Part shown: in pieces, positions 9,046 to 18,880 of the stretch
Position numbering within the stretch: the stretch's first letter is position 1
How the letters are laid out: every line of letters begins with the position of its first letter
NCBI GenBank assembly: GCA_001804865.1
Contig: MHBK01000051.1
Location: forward strand, 75,636-139,635
Direction: 5' to 3'
Source: Lentisphaerae bacterium GWF2_57_35
GTDB taxonomy: Bacteria > Verrucomicrobiota > Kiritimatiellia > CAIQIC01 > GWF2-57-35
DNA length: 64,000 nt
Notes under the pieces: generated by a model
Told to the model about the DNA's origin: nothing
Seen by the model: the letters and a program-made list of their open reading frames with translations, nothing else
Databases searched by the model: none
Made by a program: the position numbers and the translations under genes

Positions 9046-10083
9046 TTAGATTTTCCGCATCAACTTTTGCTTGTACAGAGCGCGGATCGTTTCGACGTCG
9101 AGGGAATGGCCGGCTTTGTACGAGACGATGTCGCCCAGGAACTGGCCTTCGTCGATCAAGGCCACGGCGGCCAGCAGATCGAGCACGGCGCGATGCCAGG
9201 CGGCTTCGAGCGACTTTCCCTGATGGAGCAAACGCGGCTTGTTGTAATAGCAGAATTTCCCGGCGACCAGGATGTTTTCGGTCGTGTAGCCCAGATTGCG
9301 GACGTCCGCGAACAACTTGCCGATGGTGCGGCAATAAAGCATTTTCAGGGCGGACGTGTTCGTGCGGGCCTCGGCGCCGCGCCGGAAGTTCGTATAATTC
9401 ACCGGGAAGCGAATCCGTTGCTTCCGAATGGCCGTTTTAAAGTCCACGGCGCAGTCGATCGTAAGCCCGGGCTTCTCGTTCGAACAAGGCGACAAGGTTA
9501 AGAAAGCCCCATTGGGCCCCGCCACGGTCACCTTCTCCTTCACGGTCACGAATTGCACCGGCCGCTCCAACTCCTTGATGCCGGCCGATTCGAGCGCCTC
9601 CACGAGATCGAGGCTGCCGTGCTGGAACAGCGGGGGATCGCCCGAGTCGATACGGATCATCAGATTGTCGATGCCCATGCCCATCTTCAGGGCGACGATG
9701 TGCTCGACCATGCGGATGTAGTTGTGAGGCGAGCCGCTGCGCAACACGATGTTGCTGACCACCAGACCGGTCGTCCACACATTGCGAATGGAAACGCGCA
9801 CGGGCAGGGAATCCGGAAGATCCGATCGATCGAACCACCAGCCTTCCATGTCCGTGGGCTCGAACGTTACGGTTCTTGTTTTTTTCCCAAAGAACGTGCC
9901 GGGACCTTTGACTGTGACGGGCCGGGCTATAGTCCGTTGCTTGCGCGGGGCGCCCCAGCCATTGCCGTCGACCAGTTCCAAGTCCACCGGTTGATTCGAA
10001 AATTTTTCATACGCTTTGCTGACCGTCTCCACATCCCCGGCCAAAAGTCGTCCAAACGATATATCCGCCATGCTGCACTCCAT
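9046..10083 (-). CDS. lpxC: UDP-3-O-acyl-N-acetylglucosamine deacetylase LpxC, with a ~45-aa N-terminal extension
   Basis: Aligns by eye with E. coli LpxC: 'KQRTIARPVTVKGPGTFFGKK' (N-terminus), 'TVEHIVALKMGMGIDNLMIRIDSGDPPLFQHGS' (EcLpxC '[21 protein letters not shown]'), 'YKAGHSLD' (EcLpxC 'YKSGHALN'). Confidence 0.9.
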   Translation of the reverse strand: MECSMADISFGRLLAGDVETVSKAYEKFSNQPVDLELVDGNGWGAPRKQRTIARPVTVKGPGTFFGKKTRTVTFEPTDMEGWWFDRSDLPDSLPVRVSIRNVWTTGLVVSNIVLRSGSPHNYIRMVEHIVALKMGMGIDNLMIRIDSGDPPLFQHGSLDLVEALESAGIKELERPVQFVTVKEKVTVAGPNGAFLTLSPCSNEKPGLTIDCAVDFKTAIRKQRIRFPVNYTNFRRGAEARTNTSALKMLYCRTIGKLFADVRNLGYTTENILVAGKFCYYNKPRLLHQGKSLEAAWHRAVLDLLAAVALIDEGQFLGDIVSYKAGHSLDVETIRALYKQKLMRKI

Positions 10084-10118
10084 GTTTCAAAACAGCCTAA
10101 AGGAAACGCCGGGAATCT

Positions 10119-13100
10119 TCAATCGCCGGAGAAGGAAACCTCATACCAGCTTTGGAAAATCTGCTTTCCCGCGCAAAATGCCCGGACATACATTTGTCCT
10201 TCACGAGCCCGACCCGGACGGATCGGCAGTAAGATCGTCTTTACGGATTCCAGAGCCACCCGCTCCTCCAGACGTCCTCCCTTGAAATCGCCCTCGTACT
10301 TGACCAGCACTTCGGCTTCCTTGTTGGAATGGTTATGCACTCTCAAACGAATAGCGGCAACTCCTTTCTCGCCTTGAACCCTGGCGGCCTCCGAGCGGAC
10401 GACGACCGGCGGCACGAAATCCGGCCGAATCAAACGCGAACACCAGAGCTCGGAAAAACCTCTTTTCAATCCCCACTGAACCTCAAGCCAGGGCTGCCCA
10501 ACGGCTTCCTCCGCGGTGAACCAGCCTTTGAAGACCGCCTTCATGCCCGGCAGCAACGATTCGGTCTGATCTTCAAAGGGACGAAACTGCCGGCTGGAAA
10601 TCAGTTTTAAATCCGAGAGAGCCAGGGTGTTGGTTCCGACATTGACGACCTCAAGCTGAAACACATTTTGCTGATTCGATACCGCGGGCGCCGGCCAGGA
10701 AAGCCGGCAGACCGCCGAAAAGGCCTGTTCGGAAAGCAAAGATTCGACGTTCTTCACGCACGCCGTCGATTCGCCCGCCCCTGAATTCCAGCCTTTCAAG
10801 AACGTCCGTTCGCCGGACGCCTCCGTGAAATCCACCAAGTCCAACACCGCCACTTCTTCCGGAAGCAGCGCCACCGACAGCGCCGTAAATTCTTCGCCCG
10901 CAGGAGCCTGTAGCCATTCCGCGGCCCCATTTAACGGATTGACCGCGAAACCCGGTTTTGCTGCGGGAATGGAAAGAACCGCCCGCCGGGATTCCGTGGC
11001 CGTATTGCGCAGCGTGATATGCCGAAGGCCGCTCTCCTCACGGCCATAATGCTCCACGGACACGTCCGGAACATCGGCCCGAACAGGTCCAAGCGGACGC
11101 CAACCCGCGGCGACCAGACGCGCCGCCAGGGGTCGATAGGTTTTCACGAGACTTCGATCCAAACTGTCCGGGCAACTCAAATCTATAATGGACGCATTCT
11201 TATCGCCGCCGAAACCCGGGAGAAAACCCCAGTACAGGCTCTCGCGCAAAAACCGGGTCGCCGCTTCCGCCACCAAGCCGGTCGCCGGTCCTTCCAGCAG
11301 ACAGATCACGGGCTTACGACCGGCCAGGGTTCTGAGTTGGCTCATGCGGCCATCGTCCGCCCGTCGATAGAAGCCATCCTTCGCAACCGCGAACGATTTG
11401 ACGATTACATCCGCCGACGGCATGAAAAACGCGTGGGAACCCATCGAGTCTTTTACGATCGACAGCTTGCCGCTTTGGCGAAGCAGCCGGGACGCCGGAA
11501 CGATAAAATCCTCGGCCGCGAAAGCCGTTGCCAAGGCCGGACGGAGAACCGTTGAGTCATACACGCAGGGATAATCGGCCACGCTCATGGACGGCGGATT
11601 ATAGTCCAGAACGGACGAAGCCGCATCGAGGTCCCAGCACACGCCCGCAAAACGGGGATCGCGCAGAATGCCGCGAAGGCGATTCCATTCCGACAGGGCG
11701 CGATTGAGAGGCAGGTTCGTTTCGCCCGGCAACTCCGGATCGATGTTCACGGCCATTTTCGCACCCGCGGGAGTCGTCGTGTAGGCCATTCGCCGGGACC
11801 CATCCGCTCGTCGCGCACAACCCAACAGGGCGCTCGCGGCCGCTTCCCGTTCGCCCAGCAGGCCGCAGGCAGCCGTCAGGGCCATTAAACCCAGGGCATC
11901 ATGCTCGTCGCCCACAAACGGAGCAGGAATGGCCAAACGATAAGTCCAAGGCGCCGAAACAAGCCCCAGAGCCGACTTCGACGCCAGCTCCAGCGTCGAA
12001 CTTCGGCCTTCAGCAAAGGCCGGATATCGCTCGTAAAAGTTTTCCACCGCCCGTCGGAAGGCCTGAACCGCGTTGGATTCGGACCGAAACCCGCATTGGA
12101 ACGCTGCGCGGGAGGGGAAATTGGAAGTGGCCGGCGTCAGGGCCAAATCATACCAAACGCCAAAAAAGCCGTTCGAGACATCTGCTGAAATTTGCATCGA
12201 ACGGGGTTCGTCCGGATCTGTTTCGACGATCATCAAGCCTTTTTCCGAGCTGACGACTCCAAACGGATAACACGATTGAACGCCTCGCGCACCCCAGGGA
12301 ACGGGGAGGACATTTTCAAAGAGGGCAGCGCCCGCCGCCATCGCCCGTGCCGCATACAGGTCGTCGTGCCAAAGCCAATCCTTTAAATCCATTTCGACGC
12401 CCACGCCGATACGCAGACACCGCTCGCGATCCGCCGACAGCCCGCCCTGCACGCGCAGGGTTCCATCGGAAAGCTCTTCGCGAACCAGAACCCAATCCAC
12501 ATCCAGCGTACGTCCGGCCCAACGAACCCCATTGCTCGAGACGGCGGCTTCTCCCCAGGCCAGGGCTTCGGTTCGACCCGAAACCACATCCGCAAGCACG
12601 ACCTTGAAGGAAACGTTCGAAGAAAGCCCCTCCGGCTTCCAGGAAAAGCCATGAATATCCGGATCGGGCTTCCAGAGTCGGTCTTTGATTTCCGCATCCA
12701 ATCGAAAAGACAAAGTACGCGGCATCAGGGCGAGCAGCTCATCGGCATAACCCGGCGTCACACGGGGCGCCGGAGTCTTGGCGGGCATGGCGGCATAATC
12801 GAATTCCAGCTCGCCCCGCTCGGGAAAACGCCCCATCACCGACCAATCCGACCGGACAAACTCCACGTGCCATTTGACCCGCGAGGCAAAGGGCGCATCG
12901 CGAATGATCAACGTCAGCGTTTGCTCGTCCTGCAGCGCCAGCGGCGGCGGAAGTTCGTCCCACGACCAATCTTTGGCGCCGGACGGATACCGAAAGAAGC
13001 GCCCTCTTTCGATCATGAAATCCGCACCCGACTGCGGCTCGCCGTGCGCCCGACCGTCCACATCCAGCATCACGCGCAAACGGAGCAAATCCGGAGTTCC

Positions 13101-13253
13101 AACACATTGAAGCTGAAGCCCCAGCCAGCCTTCCGTAGTTTTAAAAGCAGCGCCCTGCGAAACAAGCCCGGCGCGCTCGGACGCATTGCCGGAAGAGCCC
13201 AGCAGCCCGGCCAGCAGAAGAAGCCCCGGGAGGAGTTTTTTAGTTGTTTTCAT
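10119..13253 (-). CDS. Large secreted hypothetical protein (~1,045 aa)
   Basis: An internal Met gives the signal peptide 'MKTTKKLLPGLLLLAGLLGSSGNAS'. The ORF is long and uninterrupted. No family motif was recognised. Confidence 0.7.
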   Translation of the reverse strand: MKTTKKLLPGLLLLAGLLGSSGNASERAGLVSQGAAFKTTEGWLGLQLQCVGTPDLLRLRVMLDVDGRAHGEPQSGADFMIERGRFFRYPSGAKDWSWDELPPPLALQDEQTLTLIIRDAPFASRVKWHVEFVRSDWSVMGRFPERGELEFDYAAMPAKTPAPRVTPGYADELLALMPRTLSFRLDAEIKDRLWKPDPDIHGFSWKPEGLSSNVSFKVVLADVVSGRTEALAWGEAAVSSNGVRWAGRTLDVDWVLVREELSDGTLRVQGGLSADRERCLRIGVGVEMDLKDWLWHDDLYAARAMAAGAALFENVLPVPWGARGVQSCYPFGVVSSEKGLMIVETDPDEPRSMQISADVSNGFFGVWYDLALTPATSNFPSRAAFQCGFRSESNAVQAFRRAVENFYERYPAFAEGRSSTLELASKSALGLVSAPWTYRLAIPAPFVGDEHDALGLMALTAACGLLGEREAAASALLGCARRADGSRRMAYTTTPAGAKMAVNIDPELPGETNLPLNRALSEWNRLRGILRDPRFAGVCWDLDAASSVLDYNPPSMSVADYPCVYDSTVLRPALATAFAAEDFIVPASRLLRQSGKLSIVKDSMGSHAFFMPSADVIVKSFAVAKDGFYRRADDGRMSQLRTLAGRKPVICLLEGPATGLVAEAATRFLRESLYWGFLPGFGGDKNASIIDLSCPDSLDRSLVKTYRPLAARLVAAGWRPLGPVRADVPDVSVEHYGREESGLRHITLRNTATESRRAVLSIPAAKPGFAVNPLNGAAEWLQAPAGEEFTALSVALLPEEVAVLDLVDFTEASGERTFLKGWNSGAGESTACVKNVESLLSEQAFSAVCRLSWPAPAVSNQQNVFQLEVVNVGTNTLALSDLKLISSRQFRPFEDQTESLLPGMKAVFKGWFTAEEAVGQPWLEVQWGLKRGFSELWCSRLIRPDFVPPVVVRSEAARVQGEKGVAAIRLRVHNHSNKEAEVLVKYEGDFKGGRLEERVALESVKTILLPIRPGRAREGQMYVRAFCAGKQIFQSWYEVSFSGD

Positions 13254-13314
13254 CGCGGTATCTAAGCAAAAGTCGATGGCTGACGCCATGAGAATAGTGG
13301 AGCGAAGGCGATAC

Positions 13315-13404
13315 CGGGTGCATCTTGACCCAATCCCCGCGCATACGAATAAGAATCCACGTCCTTACGGACGCGGCTACGTAGCCGCCGGCGTAAGCCG
13401 GCGG
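13315..13404. repeat. MITE-like palindromic repeat element, copy 1. One end is truncated. It is inverted relative to copy 2 at 31.3 kb.
   Basis: 'gggtgcatcttgaccc...ccgcgcatacgaataagaatccacgtccttacggacgcggctacgtagccgccggcgtaagccgg' is nearly identical to the reverse complement of 31302-31370. Spurious ORFs on both copies translate to the same 'PPAYAGGYVAASVRTWILIRMRG'. Coordinates are +/-2. Confidence 0.8.
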
Positions 13405-13424
13405 CCTGAATACGACGATACGTT

Positions 13425-14219
13425 TTGTCTCAAGGGCCCTCCCTTCAGCCTCCACTTGCATCGAAACGGTTCTCAAGACATAATGCGATCATGCAAAACG
13501 ACGACATGATAACGGGGCTGGAAAGGAAACCGAATCTGGCGGTTCTTCCCGACCAATTGCTGCTCCTATCCCGGGGCTTCTCGTGTCTGTTTTGGAGCAT
13601 ACCGCTCGGCTTGCTGTTGTTCGCAATGGTCCCCCAAATCCAAGTTCTGCGCTATTTTCAAATGCCGTCGTTTCTGATTGGACTCATGACCGGCTATTGG
13701 GGACTGATCCTGTTGCGGAAGGCAGGGCCCATCACCCCCCATTGGCCGGCATTAATCCACCGGGGACTTGCGATCATCTTCTTCCAGCTTTATCTGGCGC
13801 CGTTTATTCAGTGGTGGAGAGTGATGCCGGGAGTGCCCTATTATTTCTACAACACGGCAGCCTTTTACCTCTGTACAACCTGGGGGCTGTTCCTGGTCAA
13901 CCAATTAGCCGGAGAAGCCGGCCGCGCACTGCACCAGTCTTCGTTTGAATTGGAAACGCACCTTTTTCGCTGGGCGTCATTGGCCTTCATGCTGGCGCCC
14001 CTGCTCGGCATTCTCGTCATGGCCGGATATGCCTCCCATCAATACGAGAGCCCGGTCTGGCTTGAATTGGTGAGACTCGGACAATTGCTGCCCCGCTGGG
14101 TCTTCATTCCTTTGCTTCTGCCGTTCACCTTGACCATGGCCACCGCCTGGAAAGCGAAGGAGCATGGGTTGTCGGCCTTGAAACGATCGGCGAAGTTGCC
14201 GGCGCTCAGCGAGTCGTGA
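13425..14219 (+). CDS. Hypothetical polytopic membrane protein
   Basis: 264 aa with six or more hydrophobic segments. An alternative start is at 13488. Confidence 0.55.
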   Translation: MSQGPSLQPPLASKRFSRHNAIMQNDDMITGLERKPNLAVLPDQLLLLSRGFSCLFWSIPLGLLLFAMVPQIQVLRYFQMPSFLIGLMTGYWGLILLRKAGPITPHWPALIHRGLAIIFFQLYLAPFIQWWRVMPGVPYYFYNTAAFYLCTTWGLFLVNQLAGEAGRALHQSSFELETHLFRWASLAFMLAPLLGILVMAGYASHQYESPVWLELVRLGQLLPRWVFIPLLLPFTLTMATAWKAKEHGLSALKRSAKLPALSES

Positions 14220-15891
14220 TGGGGTACAAGACGACGTAGGTGGGCAGGCCTTTCACGCCGAAATATTCCAACACTTCGCGGGCGGGCAACTCCGAAGGGC
14301 GTTCCGCCTGGGCTTTGATCGTCACGTAGTCATCCAACCGCGAACGTACGGCGCTTCGCTTGAAGGTGGTCTGCTCCATCGCCTCGCAATTTTTGCACCA
14401 AGTGGCCCAGAAATCGATGAAGACCGGCTTTCCTTCCTTCTCCGCTTGCAGCAGGGCGTCGACAAAGCGGTTGTCGGCGGGGCGATCCAATTCGGCATAC
14501 CGCACAGGCCCCTGGCCCTCGTCGGCCAGCCGGGCGCTGCCCCGGAAGCCGCGCCAGGCGATGGAGCCGTAGTACAAAGCCAGGAGCAGAATAAAAAGAC
14601 CAAACCCGTACTTGACCCAAACCATCCATTGCCCGGGCTTGGGAAGGAAGGTTAGGCCCGCGCCGGCGAACGGCCACGGCAGCGCCATTCCAACGCCCAG
14701 CAAGAAAGGCAGAATCAAGCCCGCCTGCCAGCCGTGCGCATATAGATTGCCGGCCAGCACGAGAACGGAAATAACCACGGGCGCCACGCAAGCGCCGGCC
14801 AGGAGCGCCGACAACCCGCCCATCAGGAAAGCCAGGATCATTCCTCCTTTGCGGCTGCGACTTCGCCCGCCGACCATCCCCTGTTGCAACCGGGTAAAAT
14901 CGATCGTAATCACATCGAACATGGCCAGGGCCAGCAGGACAAATACAACCGCAATGATCAGGTTGAACCACGGCGACGAATTCAACGCGCCGAACTGCGA
15001 GCCGCTCAGAACCACCACCAAGCCCAGCAGGCCATAGACCAAGGCAATGGCCGTTCCATAAACCGCGCCGAGAAGAAAGCCCCGCCGCCGGGAGGACGCC
15101 TGTACGCCCGCACCGATAATGGCCATATTGATCGGAATCATCGGCAGGACACAGGGCGTCAGGTTCAGCAGAAAGCCCCCCGCCAGGATCAGCAAAAGAG
15201 TCCATCCAACGCCGAATCGGCTCATAAACGTGACCGGATCTTCTTCGAACAAACGGGCCCAGGCCTTGATCCCGGATGCCTTTCGCTCATCGACGACGCC
15301 GGCCGTCCGATCGAGAAAGGCCAGGAAATCGTCCTGTCTCATATAACCGGCCGCTTGCCCACGGGATTCAAACCGCTGCACCACGTCCTGCCAGTCCTGT
15401 TTTTGCTCCGGCTGGCCGGCGTCGGCCGCCGTCGCCGGCGAAATCGCATCGGTCGGACGGCCCCCTTTCAAGGAGAGCTCGAAAGTTCTCGTTTCCGGAA
15501 AAAAACACACCGACTCATCGCAGCCTTGAAGCTTGACGGTCAATCGAACAACGTCGCGATTCCCGGGACGCACAAGAACGGAGAAGGATTTGTCGTAAAT
15601 CTTTTTATATTCGTCGCTGAAAGGATCTTTTTTGGAGACCGGCTCGGGAAAGGCAATGGACTCTAAAGCGTCGGCCTCTTCCGCGAATATTTTGGTTTCG
15701 TCCGCGTAAAGGATGTGCTGGGGCGGGATGGAAAAATCCACGCGGATAGCGGCCGCCCCATCGATTGTTTCGAGACGGGCCGTCACTCCGAAGGGGCTTT
15801 CGGCATAGCCCCTGCATAGCCCCAACCAGCCCAGGACAAGCAAAACGAACACCCATCGAGCTAATGAATATCTATGCGGTCGGCAACTCAT
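14206..15891 (-). CDS. dsbD: Thiol:disulfide interchange protein DsbD (CcdA-type membrane core plus C-terminal thioredoxin domain)
   Basis: Signal peptide. Membrane core 'LTPCVLPMIPINMAIIGAG'. C-terminal thioredoxin 'VFIDFWATWCKNCEAME'. The overall length and architecture match DsbD. Confidence 0.85.
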   Translation of the reverse strand: MSCRPHRYSLARWVFVLLVLGWLGLCRGYAESPFGVTARLETIDGAAAIRVDFSIPPQHILYADETKIFAEEADALESIAFPEPVSKKDPFSDEYKKIYDKSFSVLVRPGNRDVVRLTVKLQGCDESVCFFPETRTFELSLKGGRPTDAISPATAADAGQPEQKQDWQDVVQRFESRGQAAGYMRQDDFLAFLDRTAGVVDERKASGIKAWARLFEEDPVTFMSRFGVGWTLLLILAGGFLLNLTPCVLPMIPINMAIIGAGVQASSRRRGFLLGAVYGTAIALVYGLLGLVVVLSGSQFGALNSSPWFNLIIAVVFVLLALAMFDVITIDFTRLQQGMVGGRSRSRKGGMILAFLMGGLSALLAGACVAPVVISVLVLAGNLYAHGWQAGLILPFLLGVGMALPWPFAGAGLTFLPKPGQWMVWVKYGFGLFILLLALYYGSIAWRGFRGSARLADEGQGPVRYAELDRPADNRFVDALLQAEKEGKPVFIDFWATWCKNCEAMEQTTFKRSAVRSRLDDYVTIKAQAERPSELPAREVLEYFGVKGLPTYVVLYPITTR

Positions 15892-16439
15892 AAAGAAGAT
15901 TGCTTAAGCAGCGTCTCAATATCTTCCCGCAAGCGGACTTCAGGCACGACCCCCACGTAGTACTGACGAACAATGCCTTGTTTATCCAGCAGGAACTTAG
16001 TGGGCACCGCCCGAATGCCTCCGTAGGCTTTCTGCACATCTTCGTTGGCCAGCCCCACCGGATAGGAAATATCGAAACCCTTGACAGCCTCGGCAACGGC
16101 AGATTCTTCTCCGTGGTCGACCGACAACCCAATCACCAGGAAACCCCGGTCCTTCCAATCCTGGTACAACTTATTCAGTATGGGCAATTCCGCCTTGCAA
16201 GGAGCGCACCAAGTTGCCCAGAAATCCAGCAAGATGACGTTTCCGGCATAGTCGGAAAGCTTCAAGGTGGGCGAATCGCCGTTCAATCTGGCCACGATAA
16301 AGTCGGTGGCCGTCCGGGATTCGTCTTGAGCGCCGGCCGTTGCGGACTTTTTTTCCGGCGTCGCTTTGGGCGAACAACCTATCAGTAGCGTTGCAACCGC
16401 CAGCCCCGCGAGGCATAAACCCATCCATGCTGATTTCAT
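15888..16439 (-). CDS. TlpA/ResA-like thioredoxin-family thiol-disulfide oxidoreductase; likely a lipoprotein
   Basis: The internal start 'MKSAWMGLCLAGLAVATLLIGCS' has a lipobox. Motif 'LLDFWATWCAPCKAELP'. There is a 4-nt overlap with dsbD downstream. Confidence 0.8.
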   Translation of the reverse strand: MKSAWMGLCLAGLAVATLLIGCSPKATPEKKSATAGAQDESRTATDFIVARLNGDSPTLKLSDYAGNVILLDFWATWCAPCKAELPILNKLYQDWKDRGFLVIGLSVDHGEESAVAEAVKGFDISYPVGLANEDVQKAYGGIRAVPTKFLLDKQGIVRQYYVGVVPEVRLREDIETLLKQSSL

Positions 16440-16590
16440 GCAAGTTCCTTTCCAGCTTATGTAATCGTTTGTAAACATACCTGTTTCATGGACGCTTTCA
16501 AGCGACATTGCCGGGGAAAACACTTGCTTTGGCCTAACAGTTCTCTCATAGTCTGCCCCGGATTGGCTGTAAGTTGTCCATAAACATCGA

Positions 16591-17505
16591 ATGCAAGGAC
16601 ATTGCGTGAAGAAAAACCGCTGGTCGCCTCCAGGTTGGCCGTGGGAGCTTGAACTTCTGGCGCTGATCTTTGTTATCATCGCCATCGGAGTTCCCTGGTA
16701 TCTTGAGCATGCACGCCCGCCGGAATTGCAGACCCAGCAACAGATTTCCCTGATTGCCAAAGCCCAAATGGAAAACCAATCCCAGGTGGCTACCTGGCAA
16801 CAGTTGCAGGGATTCTTCTGGGCTCTGGCCGTGATCGGAATCTATGTGGCCCATTTAATCATTGCCGGCGCTTCCAGCGATTACATCTCGACGCCGTTTA
16901 CCTATCTGTTTTCTCCTTTGACGTTCGCCATGATCACCTATTACCGGCTGTTTCAGATCAGCCGGGCCTCGTCGACGGAAACCCGCATCATCAGCGGATC
17001 GCCTATGGAGATCGCCGGCTGGATTGCCGGCGTGCTGATCATCACCTTTCTGGTCGCGCGTATCCGTATGGCCCGGCACATGTTGAATTTCCGAAGCTTG
17101 GATTGGGAAATTTCGTCGCCCGTGAAATTCGACAACACCTACTTCGAACTCATCGCCCATTTCCAACCGCTGGTCTATCCGCCGCGCATGTACCGGGCTT
17201 GCAAGGAAGGGATTCTGATCGAAGGCTGGTTTTATGCCATGCCCTTGTCCTTCGACCACATTCAAGGCGTCGATGCAGCGCATGGATCGTCCGTCACCTC
17301 TTCAGGCTATTACCTGGCGACGTCATCCAAATCGCTGATGCGGATACGAGTGGTGGATAAAACCGTTCCCATTTTGATATCGCCGCGCGATTTTGCCCCG
17401 TTTCTCCATTATTGCGAGCATCAGGTGGCGGCGCGCAATCCGGGGTCGTCAACCCATACCAGCGACACCAAGGGCGGCTCGACGGCCACTCGCACCAAAG
17501 CCTGA
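16591..17505 (+). CDS. Hypothetical membrane protein
   Basis: 304 aa with four or more hydrophobic helices in the N-terminal half. No motif was recognised. Confidence 0.5.
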   Translation: MQGHCVKKNRWSPPGWPWELELLALIFVIIAIGVPWYLEHARPPELQTQQQISLIAKAQMENQSQVATWQQLQGFFWALAVIGIYVAHLIIAGASSDYISTPFTYLFSPLTFAMITYYRLFQISRASSTETRIISGSPMEIAGWIAGVLIITFLVARIRMARHMLNFRSLDWEISSPVKFDNTYFELIAHFQPLVYPPRMYRACKEGILIEGWFYAMPLSFDHIQGVDAAHGSSVTSSGYYLATSSKSLMRIRVVDKTVPILISPRDFAPFLHYCEHQVAARNPGSSTHTSDTKGGSTATRTKA

Positions 17506-17522
17506 GCCTCGGGAGACCCGTC

Positions 17523-18869
17523 ATGTCGAAGGAAGCCTCAACTCAGATGCAGGCCCATGCCCTGAAGATCGTCCAACTGCTCCGGCAAGCCGGACATCAA
17601 GCCTTCTGGGTGGGCGGCGCCGTGCGCGACCGGCTGATGGGCAAGGAGCCGGTGGATATCGACGTGGCCACCTCCGCCCAACCCGAACAAGTCCAGGCGT
17701 TATTCCCCCGCCACGTGGCCATAGGCAAAGCGTTTGGCGTCATCCAAGTCTTGCTGAACGACGAGCCTTTTGAAGTGGCCACCTTCCGCGAGGACATCGC
17801 CTACGCCGACGGACGCCATCCGACAGGCGTTCGCTTTGCCGATGCCGAAGCCGACGCCATGCGCCGTGATTTCACCATCAATGGGTTGTTCTACGATCCC
17901 GAGAGCGACACGATCCAGGACTTCGTCGGCGGACGCCGGGACATCGAGGCTAAAATCATCCGGGCCATCGGGCCGCCGGAAGAACGATTTAACGAAGATT
18001 ATCTTCGCATGCTCAGGGCCGTGCGCTTTGCCTCGGTGCTCCAGTTTTCGATCGAACCGGCCACCGGCGCCGCGATACGCCAGTTGGCCGGCCATATTAC
18101 CGCCGTCAGTCCTGAACGAATACAAGTGGAACTCACGCGACTGCTGACCGAATCGCCCAAGGCCGGCCAAGGGCTTCTCCTGCTGAAAGACATGGGATTG
18201 TTGGCGCCCATCCTGCCCGAAGTCAGCCGGCTGGCCGGCCAGGCGCAACCGCCGCAATTTCACCCGGAAGGCGATGTGCTCACGCACACGGCCATGATGC
18301 TCGACCAAATGGAACGCCCCTCCGTCACGCTGGCATACTCCGTACTCCTGCACGACATCGGCAAACCGCCCACCGCGACACTCTCCCTGGAACCCGACGG
18401 CTCGACTCGCATCCGATTCGACCGGCATGCCCAGGTGGGCGCCGAAATGGCCCGGGACATCCTGCGGCGCTTGCGGCTGCCCAACGAGGAGATCGATAAA
18501 ATCTGCCAATGCGTGGAACGGCACATGCATTTCATCAACGTCCCCCAAATGCGCAAAGCCACCTTGCGAAAGCTGGTCGGCTCGCCGACTTTTCCGGAGG
18601 AATTGGAACTGCACCGGCTCGACTGCCTGAGCAGTCATGGCCAGCTCGATAATTATTACTTCTTGATGGATTTCGTGGAACAGCTCAAAAACGAACCGGT
18701 CCTTCCGCCCGCCTGGATCAACGGCCGCGATTTACTGGCCCTGGGCATGACCGAAGGCCCGGAAATCGGCCAACGGCTAAAAAAAGCCTACGAGCTGCAA
18801 CTGGAAGGCGCCGTCGGCAGCCGTGAAGAGCTGCTGGAATGGGTCCGCAGGACCATCACAATCTACTAA
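17523..18869 (+). CDS. cca: CCA-adding tRNA nucleotidyltransferase / poly(A) polymerase family with a C-terminal HD domain
   Basis: 'FWVGGAVRDRLMGKEPVDIDVATSAQPEQV' (polymerase-beta head), 'RDFTINGLFYD', 'LRAVRFASVLQF', and the HD region 'AYSVLLHDIGKP...FDRHAQVGAEMA'. Confidence 0.85.
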   Translation: MSKEASTQMQAHALKIVQLLRQAGHQAFWVGGAVRDRLMGKEPVDIDVATSAQPEQVQALFPRHVAIGKAFGVIQVLLNDEPFEVATFREDIAYADGRHPTGVRFADAEADAMRRDFTINGLFYDPESDTIQDFVGGRRDIEAKIIRAIGPPEERFNEDYLRMLRAVRFASVLQFSIEPATGAAIRQLAGHITAVSPERIQVELTRLLTESPKAGQGLLLLKDMGLLAPILPEVSRLAGQAQPPQFHPEGDVLTHTAMMLDQMERPSVTLAYSVLLHDIGKPPTATLSLEPDGSTRIRFDRHAQVGAEMARDILRRLRLPNEEIDKICQCVERHMHFINVPQMRKATLRKLVGSPTFPEELELHRLDCLSSHGQLDNYYFLMDFVEQLKNEPVLPPAWINGRDLLALGMTEGPEIGQRLKKAYELQLEGAVGSREELLEWVRRTITIY

Positions 18870-18880
18870 AATAGAAACCG

